Shown here: positions 9,213 to 17,971 of the stretch, piece by piece
How the letters are laid out: the number at the start of each line of letters is the position of its first letter
Numbering within the stretch: position 1 is the first letter of the stretch
NCBI GenBank assembly: GCA_964606085.1
Contig: CAZSFD010000011.1
Span: forward strand, 17,763 to 81,762
Reading direction: 5' to 3'
DNA from: an uncultured Anaerolineaceae bacterium
GTDB lineage: Bacteria > Chloroflexota > Anaerolineae > Anaerolineales > UBA4823
Length of the DNA: 64,000 bases
Notes under the pieces: generated by a model
Told to the model about the DNA's origin: nothing
The model's input: only the letters and a program-made list of their open reading frames with translations
The model's database searches: none
Position numbers and translations under genes: made by a program

Positions 9213-10042
9213 CTGAGCGCTTGCTGCATGGCGAGGGCAGATGGGAAACGTTTGTCGAGGTCTTTTTGCAGGGCTTTGAGCAGGATGCTCTCGAAGGCGG
9301 GGGTGATGTGGGGGTTGAGGGTGCGCAGGGGGACGGCGTCGAAGGTGAAGGGGGGCTGGGTGCGCGGGTCGCGGCGGGTGATCAGGTGGTGCAGGGTGGC
9401 GCCGAGGGCGTACAGGTCGCTTTGGGGGGTGACGTAGCCTTCGTATTGTTCGGGCGGGGAATAGCCAGCGGTGCCCATGTCGAGGCCGCGCCACAGGTGG
9501 GCGAAGTGGGGCTGCTCTTCCTCGAAGAAGCGCGGTGGGTAGGCGCGGGCCAGGCCGAAATCTACCAGGAAAACCTGGTTTTCGGGCGTGACCATGATGT
9601 TGTTGGGCTTGAGGTCGCGGAAGATGATCGGGTGGTAGGGGTGGGTGTGAAGGTAATGCAGGGTGGCGCAAATTTGCAAGCCCCAATTGGCGACGGTTTT
9701 TTCGGAGAGGAAGCCTTTTTGCCGGGCGAGGACGATTTCGAGATTCCAACCGGGGATCAGTTCTTGTACCAGGTAGGCGTGCGGCTCGGCGACGAAGTAG
9801 CCGAAGATGCGCGGGATGCCGGGGTGGTCGAGTGCGCCGCGCAGATCGGCCTGGCGCTCGCAATCTACAATCATTTGCATCGGCATCTCTTTCAACGCCA
9901 CCTCGTTTACTCCGGCCAGGCGTCCCGTGCCATCAGACGGGCGGTGGTAGCTGGCGCGGTAGACTGTGCCAAAGTCGCCTTGCCCGATGGTGCTGATGAT
10001 GCGGTAGCGGTCGTTGAGAAGCGTGCCGATTTCAAGGGCCAT
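9197..10042 (-). CDS. Ser/Thr protein kinase, catalytic domain only
   Basis: GQGDFGTVYRA glycine loop, VALKEM, HRDLKPNNIM-like FRDLKPNNIM, DFGLAR, SPPEQ. No extra domains. Confidence 0.85.
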   Translation of the reverse strand: MALEIGTLLNDRYRIISTIGQGDFGTVYRASYHRPSDGTGRLAGVNEVALKEMPMQMIVDCERQADLRGALDHPGIPRIFGYFVAEPHAYLVQELIPGWNLEIVLARQKGFLSEKTVANWGLQICATLHYLHTHPYHPIIFRDLKPNNIMVTPENQVFLVDFGLARAYPPRFFEEEQPHFAHLWRGLDMGTAGYSPPEQYEGYVTPQSDLYALGATLHHLITRRDPRTQPPFTFDAVPLRTLNPHITPAFESILLKALQKDLDKRFPSALAMQQALSHLVT

Positions 10043-10051
10043 GATGTCGTT

Positions 10052-10405
10052 TTATCCTGCCCGGTTTACTCGCAGTAGTTTTCCTTTGAGTGAGAGGCCT
10101 GCCGATTGGTCTTGTATGGCCTGGTCAATGCGTTTTGCCAGGGCTTGAAAATCGGGATCGAACGAGCAGACGATGATCCCTGCATGTTCAGGCTGATCCT
10201 GGTGAAGGCGAATGAAATGGCGGCGATTGATGGTCAGTACGGCTCGGTTTTGATCAAATGCATAAGCCAGAACACTTTCATCATTCATCGAACGGTCTGC
10301 ATTGCCAGTTTCCTGAATGATCAGTACATCATGCCCCATTTGTCGCAGGTGATAGACACATGGGATGGGGAAATTCTCGTTTGAATAGAGGCTGGCCACG
10401 CTCAA
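10052..10405 (-). CDS. DUF5615-type PIN-like putative toxin
   Basis: SNENFPIPCVYHLRQMGHDVLII...DESVLAYAFDQNRAVLTINRRHF matches the DUF5615/Mut7-C-like pattern. The start is TTG or GTG and overlaps the upstream stop. Confidence 0.6.
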   Translation of the reverse strand: MSVASLYSNENFPIPCVYHLRQMGHDVLIIQETGNADRSMNDESVLAYAFDQNRAVLTINRRHFIRLHQDQPEHAGIIVCSFDPDFQALAKRIDQAIQDQSAGLSLKGKLLRVNRAG

Positions 10406-10731
10406 GCCTCCTCATTGAGCCGAATTTGTTCTTCGATTTCTTCGCGATGGCCGCGATAATAAGCCCAGGCGTTGACGACGTCTTCAGCTCGTAAGGTGGG
10501 ATAACTTTGAAGAATCTCTGCTTCGTTCATACCCAGGTGACGGGCTTGTACAAGCACCCAGACGGGAATGCGGGTTCGCACAAGGCAAGGCTCGCCATCG
10601 CAAACCCCTTCGATGCTCTCCACGCCTGGGAAGGCATCGCCTAAATCTTGCACAACCCATTGAAGAAGTTGTGCTTTTTCGGCCCGGCTTAAATCAGAAA
10701 GCTGTTTTTCGGCTTCGAGCAAGCGGTTCAT
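10402..10731 (-). CDS. DUF433 family putative antitoxin
   Basis: GEPCLVRTRIPVWVLVQARHLGMNEAEILQSYPTLRAEDVVNAWAYY is the DUF433 core. Its ATG overlaps the ABC ATPase stop (ATGA). Confidence 0.65.
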   Translation of the reverse strand: MNRLLEAEKQLSDLSRAEKAQLLQWVVQDLGDAFPGVESIEGVCDGEPCLVRTRIPVWVLVQARHLGMNEAEILQSYPTLRAEDVVNAWAYYRGHREEIEEQIRLNEEA

Positions 10732-12218
10732 AACGAGCCTCCATCAAGCGAATGCCAACCTTTTCCGCCGATGAACTGCCCTAACTGCTCCACACTGGTT
10801 ATCGAAGCATCCAGCGGCTGCGAGACCTTTCCGGCGAAGAAAACCAGCAGTCGGTCGCTGTATTGCAAGAGTTCATCGAGGTCTGCTGAAATGAAAATAA
10901 TGGAGCTGCCTTCCTGGGCGCAGCGTTCTTTGAGTTTGCGCCAGATGTAAATGGTCGATTCGATGTCGAGGCCGCGGGTGGGGTGTTCGAGCAGGATCAG
11001 GGCGAGGGGTGTTTGCAGCAGGGCGAGCAGGGCGCGCTGCTGGTTGCCGCCCGAAAGCGCTTCAACGGTGGAGGCGGGGCGGCCGCGGATGTTAAATTCG
11101 GCGATGCGTTCGTTGGCCTGGGTTTCGCCGTGCTTCCAGTCCACGAAAAAGCCGCGTGCTTCTTCGGCGAGGATGAAATGCTCGGTCAGGGTCATGCCGG
11201 CGGCCAGGCCTTCTTCCAGGCGGGAGGCGGGCAGGTAGGCCACGCGGCGCTGCTGGAAGGTGTGGTAGGGCTTGCCGGTCAGGTTTTCGCCTTTCAGCAG
11301 GAGTGTGCCGCCCACGGGGCGCACCAACCCGGCGCAGGCCCGCAAGAAGAGCGCCTGCCCGCTGCCTTCCATGCCGGCCAGACCGATCACTTCACCGGCG
11401 CACACCTCCAGGTTGACGTTTTCGATGTGCAGCCGCGGGTCTTCGAGTTCGAGGCCGCGCAGGGTCAGGGTAGTATTTTCCTGTTGGCAGGAGACGCGGT
11501 CACCCAGGGTGATCACTTTGTTGAACATCCATTCGACCAGTTGGCTGGTGAGGTACGGCGGCGTCATCTCGCCGACCAGTTTGCCCTGGCGCAGCACGGC
11601 AATTTTGTCGCAAAGCTGCTCGACATCTTCGAGCTTGTGCGAGACGAAGATGATCGTCTTGCCTTCTTTGACGAGCACTTTGAGGGCGGCGAAGAGCTTG
11701 TCTTTCTGGATGGCGCTGATGCCGGTGGTGGGTTCGTCGAGGATCAGCACGCCGGCGCCCAGCCACAACAGGCGCAGAATTTCGAGCTGCTGGCGTTCGC
11801 CAACGGTCAAAGTGTCTACATAGGCGTTGGCGTCGAGCGAGAAGCCCAGCCGTTCTTGCAGCGCCCTTAGTTCAGATGCGCCGCGCCGTCGGTCGGGGAA
11901 AAGCCCGCCGGCGTGGCCGAGCAGGAAGTTATCTACTACCTGCATGGCGGGGAAATCGAGCGGGTCCTGGTGCAGCATCCCCACGCCGTGATGGATGGCG
12001 TCGGCAGGTGAGTGGATGGTGACCGGGTGGCCCTCCAGCACGATTTCGCCCGCGCTGGGCTGGTAGAAGCCGGAGAGAATCTTCATCAGGGTAGATTTTC
12101 CGGCGCCGTTTTCGCCCAAGATGCCCTGGATTGTCCCGGCGGGGATGCTCAGGTTGATGTCATCGTTGGCCTGGAGACTGCCGAAGGTTTTGTGGATGTG
12201 GCGTAATTCGACATTCAT
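10728..12218 (-). CDS. ABC transporter ATP-binding protein with duplicated ATPase domains (BMP/nucleoside or sugar type)
   Basis: Walker A GENGAGKST, signature and Walker B (LILDEPT), and a second, degenerate half (LSGGNQQR, LLEHPTRGLD). Confidence 0.9.
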   Translation of the reverse strand: MNVELRHIHKTFGSLQANDDINLSIPAGTIQGILGENGAGKSTLMKILSGFYQPSAGEIVLEGHPVTIHSPADAIHHGVGMLHQDPLDFPAMQVVDNFLLGHAGGLFPDRRRGASELRALQERLGFSLDANAYVDTLTVGERQQLEILRLLWLGAGVLILDEPTTGISAIQKDKLFAALKVLVKEGKTIIFVSHKLEDVEQLCDKIAVLRQGKLVGEMTPPYLTSQLVEWMFNKVITLGDRVSCQQENTTLTLRGLELEDPRLHIENVNLEVCAGEVIGLAGMEGSGQALFLRACAGLVRPVGGTLLLKGENLTGKPYHTFQQRRVAYLPASRLEEGLAAGMTLTEHFILAEEARGFFVDWKHGETQANERIAEFNIRGRPASTVEALSGGNQQRALLALLQTPLALILLEHPTRGLDIESTIYIWRKLKERCAQEGSSIIFISADLDELLQYSDRLLVFFAGKVSQPLDASITSVEQLGQFIGGKGWHSLDGGSL

Positions 12219-12268
12219 GGGTGGATTTATAAACTATCCCGGTCAATCCGTCAAACTCTGTTAAATAA

Positions 12269-12315
12269 AAAACTTCCGAAGTTGCGAACCGTAGGTTCGC
12301 AACTTCGGAAGTTTT
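12269..12315 (-). terminator. 22-bp perfect hairpin with U-tract between the SBP (substrate-binding protein) gene and the ATPase gene (intra-operon attenuator/terminator)
   Basis: AAAACTTCCGAAGTTGCGAACC GTA GGTTCGCAACTTCGGAAGTTTT. On the mRNA strand it is followed by UUAUUU. Confidence 0.7.
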
Positions 12316-12326
12316 CATGCTTTGGC

Positions 12327-13559
12327 TTACTCGCTGACGCTCTGGCCTTCCATGCCTTCGAGCAATTGCGGCAGGTACCACACTTCCTGGTCGGTGCCAA
12401 CTTTGCCATCGGCCAGGTAGACCGTGCCATCTTGCAGGTTGATCGGCCCCGTCCACAGGTTGAGGCCGCCCGCCAGGGCTTTGATGAATGAGTCGACATC
12501 CACCGATGCTTCGCCGCTCAGGGCTGAACCTTTGACGAAGCCGATGGCGCTGGTGTCGTGGTTGTTGATGTCGGCCCAGTCGGGGCCATTCCACTGGAAG
12601 TTAGATGTCCAACTGCCATCTACGGCGGAACCGATCTGCTTCAGATAAGCCGGGCCCCAGTTGAAATAAGGCACGCCCAGGCAGATTTCTTTGCCTTCTT
12701 CGCACGAGCCGATGTAATCGTAGGGGATGGCCCACACTTTTTTGCCGGCTTCGCTGAGTTTCTTGGCTTCGACGACGGCTTCGGTGGTGTCAATGCCCGA
12801 AATGACCACATCATGGCCGCTGTTGAAGAAGTCGTTGGCAACCTGGGTGGGGTCGGAGGTCACGCCGGGGATGTTGAACCAGAAGCCGATCCAGGTGACT
12901 TTGAAATCGAGATCGTTGAAATCGCCTCCGGCATAGGTTTCATAGCAGTATTTGGCGCCCAGGTAAGCGGAGGCGGCCAGGCGGCGGGTTTCGTCGTTGA
13001 TTAACGGGCCGAGGTAGCCAATTTTGCCGGTTTGGGTGGTCAGGGCGGCGGCGCAGCCAGCGATCATCTTGCCATATTCCATACGGCCCATGATATTGGT
13101 CATGTTGGCCATTTCGGTGTAGGCTTTGCCATCTTTCCAGACCTGATCGCCAGAGGCCATGATGACTTTGATGTCGGGGTGGGCTTTGGCAAACTCGGTG
13201 GAGCTGTCTTTCATGTCATCGGAGTTGAAGATGATCAATTTAGCGCCTTTGCCCATCAGTTCCTCGGCCAGTTGGGCGGGCGTGGTGCCGGGGCGGTCGG
13301 CGGGGTTGACCTTGTCAATGTAGATCATCTTGGCGCCAGGCAGTTTGCGCTCTACATATTGGCCGGCCTCATAGTGCGCCTGGCTCCAGCCGCGGTCGTT
13401 GTAGGGGCCAACGAGCAACATGCCGAAGATAAATTCTTCACCGCTGCTGGCGGGTGCGCTGCTGACCTGGGTTGGCGCGCTGGTAGCTGTCTGGCAGGCG
13501 GTGAAGAGCATGGTCATGATGACCAATAGGGAAGTGAGAAGCAGTAACTTGCGAGACAT
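12327..13559 (-). CDS. BMP-family (PnrA/Med-like) ABC substrate-binding lipoprotein
   Basis: Signal plus lipobox LFTAC, then a typical BMP family body (LLVGPYNDRGWSQAHYEAG..., GYLGPL). SD AAGGAGG lies upstream. Confidence 0.9.
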   Translation of the reverse strand: MSRKLLLLTSLLVIMTMLFTACQTATSAPTQVSSAPASSGEEFIFGMLLVGPYNDRGWSQAHYEAGQYVERKLPGAKMIYIDKVNPADRPGTTPAQLAEELMGKGAKLIIFNSDDMKDSSTEFAKAHPDIKVIMASGDQVWKDGKAYTEMANMTNIMGRMEYGKMIAGCAAALTTQTGKIGYLGPLINDETRRLAASAYLGAKYCYETYAGGDFNDLDFKVTWIGFWFNIPGVTSDPTQVANDFFNSGHDVVISGIDTTEAVVEAKKLSEAGKKVWAIPYDYIGSCEEGKEICLGVPYFNWGPAYLKQIGSAVDGSWTSNFQWNGPDWADINNHDTSAIGFVKGSALSGEASVDVDSFIKALAGGLNLWTGPINLQDGTVYLADGKVGTDQEVWYLPQLLEGMEGQSVSE

Positions 13560-13676
13560 CGTTCCTCCTTAGCTGAGAACTGAGAATGGTTATGGTTGAA
13601 AGGGCGCTTCACAACACCTTTTCAACCAGCGTGATTAATTTTACACCACCTCCCTGGCAAGCTAAAAGGTAATTAT

Positions 13677-14882
13677 TTACGTCGTCGCGGCGGGCAACTG
13701 AATTACATCGAGTGCCTGCCCCAGGTCAGCGATCAAATCATCTACATCTTCCAGGCCCACGGCCAGGCGCACCAGGCTGTCGGTGATGCCTACGGCCTGG
13801 CGTTCTGCGGATGAGAATTCGAAATGCGACATAAGCGCTGGTTGTTCGACCAGCGTTTCTGTGCCACCGAGCGAGGCCGCGATGAGCGGGATGCGCAGCG
13901 CGTCTACGAAGCGCTCAGTCTCTTCGAGCGATCCGGCCACCTCGAAGCTGACCACGCCGCCGAAGCCGCGCATCTGCGCTTTGGCTATGGCGTGATCGGG
14001 GTGCGAAGCCAGGCCGGGATACCACACACGCCGAATGGCGGGGTGGCCTTCCAGAAATTCGGCGATGCGTTGGGCGTTGTGGTTGTGGCGTTCCATGCGC
14101 ACGGCTAACGTTTGTACGCCGCGCAACACCTGGCTGGCGGTGTGGGGCGCAGCAATGCCGCCCAACAACAGCAGGTGTGGCCGCCTGGCGCTGATCAATT
14201 CTGCACTGCCGATCAGCACGCCAGCCAACAGATCATTATGGCCTCCCAGGTATTTGGAAGCCGAGTGAATGACCAGGTCAATGCCGAAATCGAGTGGGTT
14301 TTGGTTGCAGGGGGTGGCGAAGGTGGCATCTATGAGCGTTTTCAGGCGATATTGCCGGGCCACGGCAACCAGCCTTTCCATGTCCAGCACGCGCAAATAG
14401 GGGTTCGTGGGCGATTCGCACAGGAGCAGCCGTGTGTTGGGGCGGATGGCGGTTTCGAGCGCGGCGAAATCGCCCATGGGCACGATACTCGTTTCGATGC
14501 CAAATTTTGGCAAGAACTCGAGGCAGAAATCTCGGGTATGGCGATAACTATCGTCACCGAGGAGCAGGTGTGAACCGCTCGAAAGCATCGAAAGCAAGGT
14601 GGTGGTGATGGCTGCCATGCCCGAGGCAAATAAGATGGCTGCCTCGCCATGTTCGAGGGCGGCCAGGGCTGTTTCGCAGGCGGTGACGGTGGGGTTGGCA
14701 AAGCGCCCATATTGCGTTCGATCACTGCCGCCCCACAGACGCGCTTCCTGGTAGGCGCGCAAATCTGCGCTGCTGTCAAACGTAAAGGTGGCCGATTCGA
14801 CGATGGGGGTATGAATGGCGTGGTAGGGTTGTGGGTGTTCGCGCCCGGCGTGAACTGACTGCGTGGATGCGTGGGTCTTCAT
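13677..14882 (-). CDS. Cys/Met-metabolism PLP enzyme (cystathionine gamma-synthase / beta-lyase family)
   Basis: NPT motif and SASKYLGGHNDLLAGV with the PLP lysine. Start taken at ATG 14882; the ORF-track TTG is at 14894. Confidence 0.85.
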   Translation of the reverse strand: MKTHASTQSVHAGREHPQPYHAIHTPIVESATFTFDSSADLRAYQEARLWGGSDRTQYGRFANPTVTACETALAALEHGEAAILFASGMAAITTTLLSMLSSGSHLLLGDDSYRHTRDFCLEFLPKFGIETSIVPMGDFAALETAIRPNTRLLLCESPTNPYLRVLDMERLVAVARQYRLKTLIDATFATPCNQNPLDFGIDLVIHSASKYLGGHNDLLAGVLIGSAELISARRPHLLLLGGIAAPHTASQVLRGVQTLAVRMERHNHNAQRIAEFLEGHPAIRRVWYPGLASHPDHAIAKAQMRGFGGVVSFEVAGSLEETERFVDALRIPLIAASLGGTETLVEQPALMSHFEFSSAERQAVGITDSLVRLAVGLEDVDDLIADLGQALDVIQLPAATT

Positions 14883-14897
14883 TGCAGAACCCAATTT

Positions 14898-15557
14898 TCA
14901 AACGTCCAGCCGGTAACCAACGCCACGGATTGTTTTCAAGAACTCTGGCGAGCGTGGGTTCTCCTCGATGGCATTGCGCAGCCAACTGATATGAACATCC
15001 AGGCTGCGCGTGTCGGCTGTGTATTCGGTTTGCCATACTTCGCGGAATAGCTTTTCCCGTTCATGCACTTCCCCCGGCTTTTTGAGAAAGATTTGCAGCA
15101 AGTGGGTCAGGCGAGGCGTCAGGCGCGCTTCGCGGTTATTGCAGGTGACACGTCGTTTTTCTACGTCCAGGCGGATTGCGCCAGCCTGTAAGAGCATTTT
15201 TCCCGCGCCGGGCAGCAGGTGGCTGATGTGGTTGAGCAGCTTGCGCTGTGAAAAGGGCGGTGTAAGGGTAGCGCTGGCGCAATGATCGTTTTCATCGAGG
15301 GGATGCTCCGGATTGGTTAGCAGCAGGATCGGCAACTCTTTCATCTGGTCATGCACATCACAGCAAATTCGTTTGCCGCTGCTGCGCATCGAAGCAGCAT
15401 TGATGACGATCAGGTCAGGGGTAAATTCGGGCAGCCTGGCGATGGCAGCAACCCCGGTAGACACAACATCCACAATATAATCTTTCTTGCGTACAACAGG
15501 GACAAAAGACGGGCTATCAGCCCGTTTGCCTTCTACCCATAAAATTTTAGCTTTCAT
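14898..15557 (-). CDS. Atypical OmpR-family response regulator (receiver lacks the phospho-acceptor Asp)
   Basis: Receiver plus winged helix (RSLDVHISWLRNAIE...GVGYRL). Start at ATG 15557 (MKAKILWVEG). The expected DD is EG, the acceptor D is N (PDLIVINAAS), and the conserved K is P (LTPPF). Confidence 0.8.
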   Translation of the reverse strand: MKAKILWVEGKRADSPSFVPVVRKKDYIVDVVSTGVAAIARLPEFTPDLIVINAASMRSSGKRICCDVHDQMKELPILLLTNPEHPLDENDHCASATLTPPFSQRKLLNHISHLLPGAGKMLLQAGAIRLDVEKRRVTCNNREARLTPRLTHLLQIFLKKPGEVHEREKLFREVWQTEYTADTRSLDVHISWLRNAIEENPRSPEFLKTIRGVGYRLDV

Positions 15558-15755
15558 CGCAGCGCCCCTTTTCTGAAAGGCCCAAGTGGTGATGAGTGGT
15601 GCGGAATTATACCCCAATCTTAAAAGGATACAATAGAACTCGCGTACTGATTTTTTTAACATTGTGGGTTGGTTGCATCCCCGTAAAGCCCATGTTACAA
15701 TCCATTCATCCATGCGTAAGTACGATGGAGCCGCATCGCTTTTTGTGGAGGCCAC

Positions 15756-16313
15756 ATGGCAACGATGGTTGAAGTTTCAATTGACAGCATTCGCGTCAGC
15801 CTGATGTCGCAGCAGCGCATTGTGATTTTGCGCGAGCGCGATGCCGAACGCTACCTGGCGATTTTTATTGGTGTTTTCGAGGCTGAAGCGATTACCCTGG
15901 CTTTACAGGATTTTGAAATTGCCCGGCCGCTGACCTGGGATTTACTGAAAAATTTAATCACCGAGTTAGGCGCGCGCGTGTTACGCGTCGAGGTTGTGAC
16001 GCTGCGCGAGGATACCTTTTACGGCAACATCGTTTTGGAAACCAATACCGGGCGAATTATGAACGTTGATTCTCGCCCATCTGATGGGTTGGCGCTGGCG
16101 GTGCGAGCGCGTGTGCCGATTTTTGTAGCCCGTTCGGTGATGGATGCTGCCGGGATTACCCCAGAAGAAGACATGCAGGCCGCACCGCCTGCCCGGCCAA
16201 ACACGCCAGAACCGAGCGAGGAACGCCTCTCGGTTTTTGAAGACTTCCTCGAATCATTGGATAAGGGGGATACGGAGGCCGATGATGACGAAGAGGATAG
16301 CCAGCGGCCATAG
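15756..16313 (+). CDS. Bifunctional nuclease (BFN/DUF151) family protein
   Basis: RIVILRERDAERYLAIFIGVFEAEAITLAL...RPLTWDLL core with an acidic C-terminal tail. Confidence 0.8.
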   Translation: MATMVEVSIDSIRVSLMSQQRIVILRERDAERYLAIFIGVFEAEAITLALQDFEIARPLTWDLLKNLITELGARVLRVEVVTLREDTFYGNIVLETNTGRIMNVDSRPSDGLALAVRARVPIFVARSVMDAAGITPEEDMQAAPPARPNTPEPSEERLSVFEDFLESLDKGDTEADDDEEDSQRP

Positions 16314-16340
16314 TTCCTGTTTGGATATTTCCCACAGACC

Positions 16341-17189
16341 ATGTTTTCTTCGCTCTCGCCTGAACCGGTAGACTACCTGGTGATCGGCCATCTCACCTGT
16401 GATGTGACCCCGAACGGCTTGCAGGTGGGTGGTACGGCCTCCTATTCAGCACTGACGGCGCGAGCGTTAGGCTTGCGGGTAGGGATTGTGACCGCCTGGG
16501 CCAACGAGATTTCATTGGAACCGTTGAGCGGTATCCCGGTTGCCAGCTTTCCCACCGAAAAAAGCACCACATTTGAGAACCTCTATAACCCGGCTGGGCG
16601 GATTCAAATCCTCCACCATGTTGCTCCGCGGTTGGAATACTTCATGATTCCCTCGGCCTGGCGCAGCCCGGAGATCGTTCACCTGGGTCCGGTGGCGCAG
16701 GAAGTACAGCCATCGCTGGCGCGTCACTTTCCCAATGCCTTGCTGGCTGCCACGCCGCAAGGCTGGCTGCGCCAATGGGATGCCAACGGGCGCGTCTCGC
16801 CGGGCGAGTGGCCCGAAGCGACGGCGGTTTTGCCGCAATTGGGCGCCGCCGTGATCAGCGTGGAAGATGTGCAAGGCGACGAAACTCGCATCGAGGAGAT
16901 GGCGGCTTGCTGTCCGATATTTGTGGTGACCGAAGGGGCCTGTGGGGCGCGGCTCTATTGGCATGGCGATGTGCGCCGTTTCCGCGCGCCTGAAATGGAC
17001 ACGCTGGATGCCACCGGCGCTGGCGACATCTTTGCCGCCTGTTTCTTCACCCGCCTATATCTCACCCGCGACCCATGGGAGGCGGCCCGCTTTGCCACGC
17101 AATTGGCCTCGCTCTCGGTGACGCGGGCCGGCTTACAGGGCATTCCAACGCCGCAGGAAATCGAATCTATGACTGTTGAGGTGTTGTAG
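16341..17189 (+). CDS. PfkB-family carbohydrate kinase
   Basis: Ribokinase-like fold motifs, including DATGAGDIFAACFF near the C-terminus. Confidence 0.8.
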   Translation: MFSSLSPEPVDYLVIGHLTCDVTPNGLQVGGTASYSALTARALGLRVGIVTAWANEISLEPLSGIPVASFPTEKSTTFENLYNPAGRIQILHHVAPRLEYFMIPSAWRSPEIVHLGPVAQEVQPSLARHFPNALLAATPQGWLRQWDANGRVSPGEWPEATAVLPQLGAAVISVEDVQGDETRIEEMAACCPIFVVTEGACGARLYWHGDVRRFRAPEMDTLDATGAGDIFAACFFTRLYLTRDPWEAARFATQLASLSVTRAGLQGIPTPQEIESMTVEVL

Positions 17190-17191
17190 GG

Positions 17192-17971
17192 ATGGGAAAA
17201 ATTTACACACTCGTCAACCAAAAGGGTGGGGTGGGAAAAACCACCACGGCGATCAACCTGGGGGCTTACCTGGCCTACTTTGGACAGCGTGTGCTGCTGA
17301 TTGACCTCGACCCGCAGGCCAACGCTACCTCATGCCTGGGTGTGGATAAGCGCACGGTCAAAGGCGGCACGTATGAAGCGCTGATCGGTTCGGCGGCCGC
17401 ATCCAGCCTGGTGCTGCTCAACCCACGGCTCAAGCTCTCGCTGCTGCCCTCCACGCAAGGCTTGGCCGGCGCTGAGGTGGAATTGGTGAGTGAGATGGCG
17501 CGCGAAACCCGCCTGCGCGAAGCGATCAAAACACTGTCTGATCGTTATGATTACATTCTGATAGATTGCCCCCCCTCCTTGGGTTTGCTGACGCTCAATG
17601 GCCTGGTGGCGGCGCAGCATGGCATCCTCATCCCGGTGCAGTGCGAGTATCTGGCACTCGAAGGCATTGGTCTGCTCACCAATACCATTCAGCGCGTACG
17701 CCAGGTGCTTTTCCCTGAATTGGCCATCCGCGGCGTGGTGATGACGATGTTCGACCACAACAACCTGAGCAAAGATGTCGTCAGCGAAGTGCAGCGTCAC
17801 TTCCCATCCCAGGTTTTCCAGACCGTCATTCCCCGCAACGTGCGCCTGGCCGAAGCGCCCTCGTTTGGACAGCCCATCTCCGTTTATGCGCCCACGTCCA
17901 CCGGCGCACAGGCTTATGAAGCCCTGGCGCGCGAAGTGCTGGCGGGCGATGGAATAACGATCCATGTCTAA
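17192..17971 (+). CDS. parA: Chromosome partitioning ATPase ParA/Soj
   Basis: Deviant Walker A NQKGGVGKTTTAINL; full-length ParA. Confidence 0.9.
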   Translation: MGKIYTLVNQKGGVGKTTTAINLGAYLAYFGQRVLLIDLDPQANATSCLGVDKRTVKGGTYEALIGSAAASSLVLLNPRLKLSLLPSTQGLAGAEVELVSEMARETRLREAIKTLSDRYDYILIDCPPSLGLLTLNGLVAAQHGILIPVQCEYLALEGIGLLTNTIQRVRQVLFPELAIRGVVMTMFDHNNLSKDVVSEVQRHFPSQVFQTVIPRNVRLAEAPSFGQPISVYAPTSTGAQAYEALAREVLAGDGITIHV

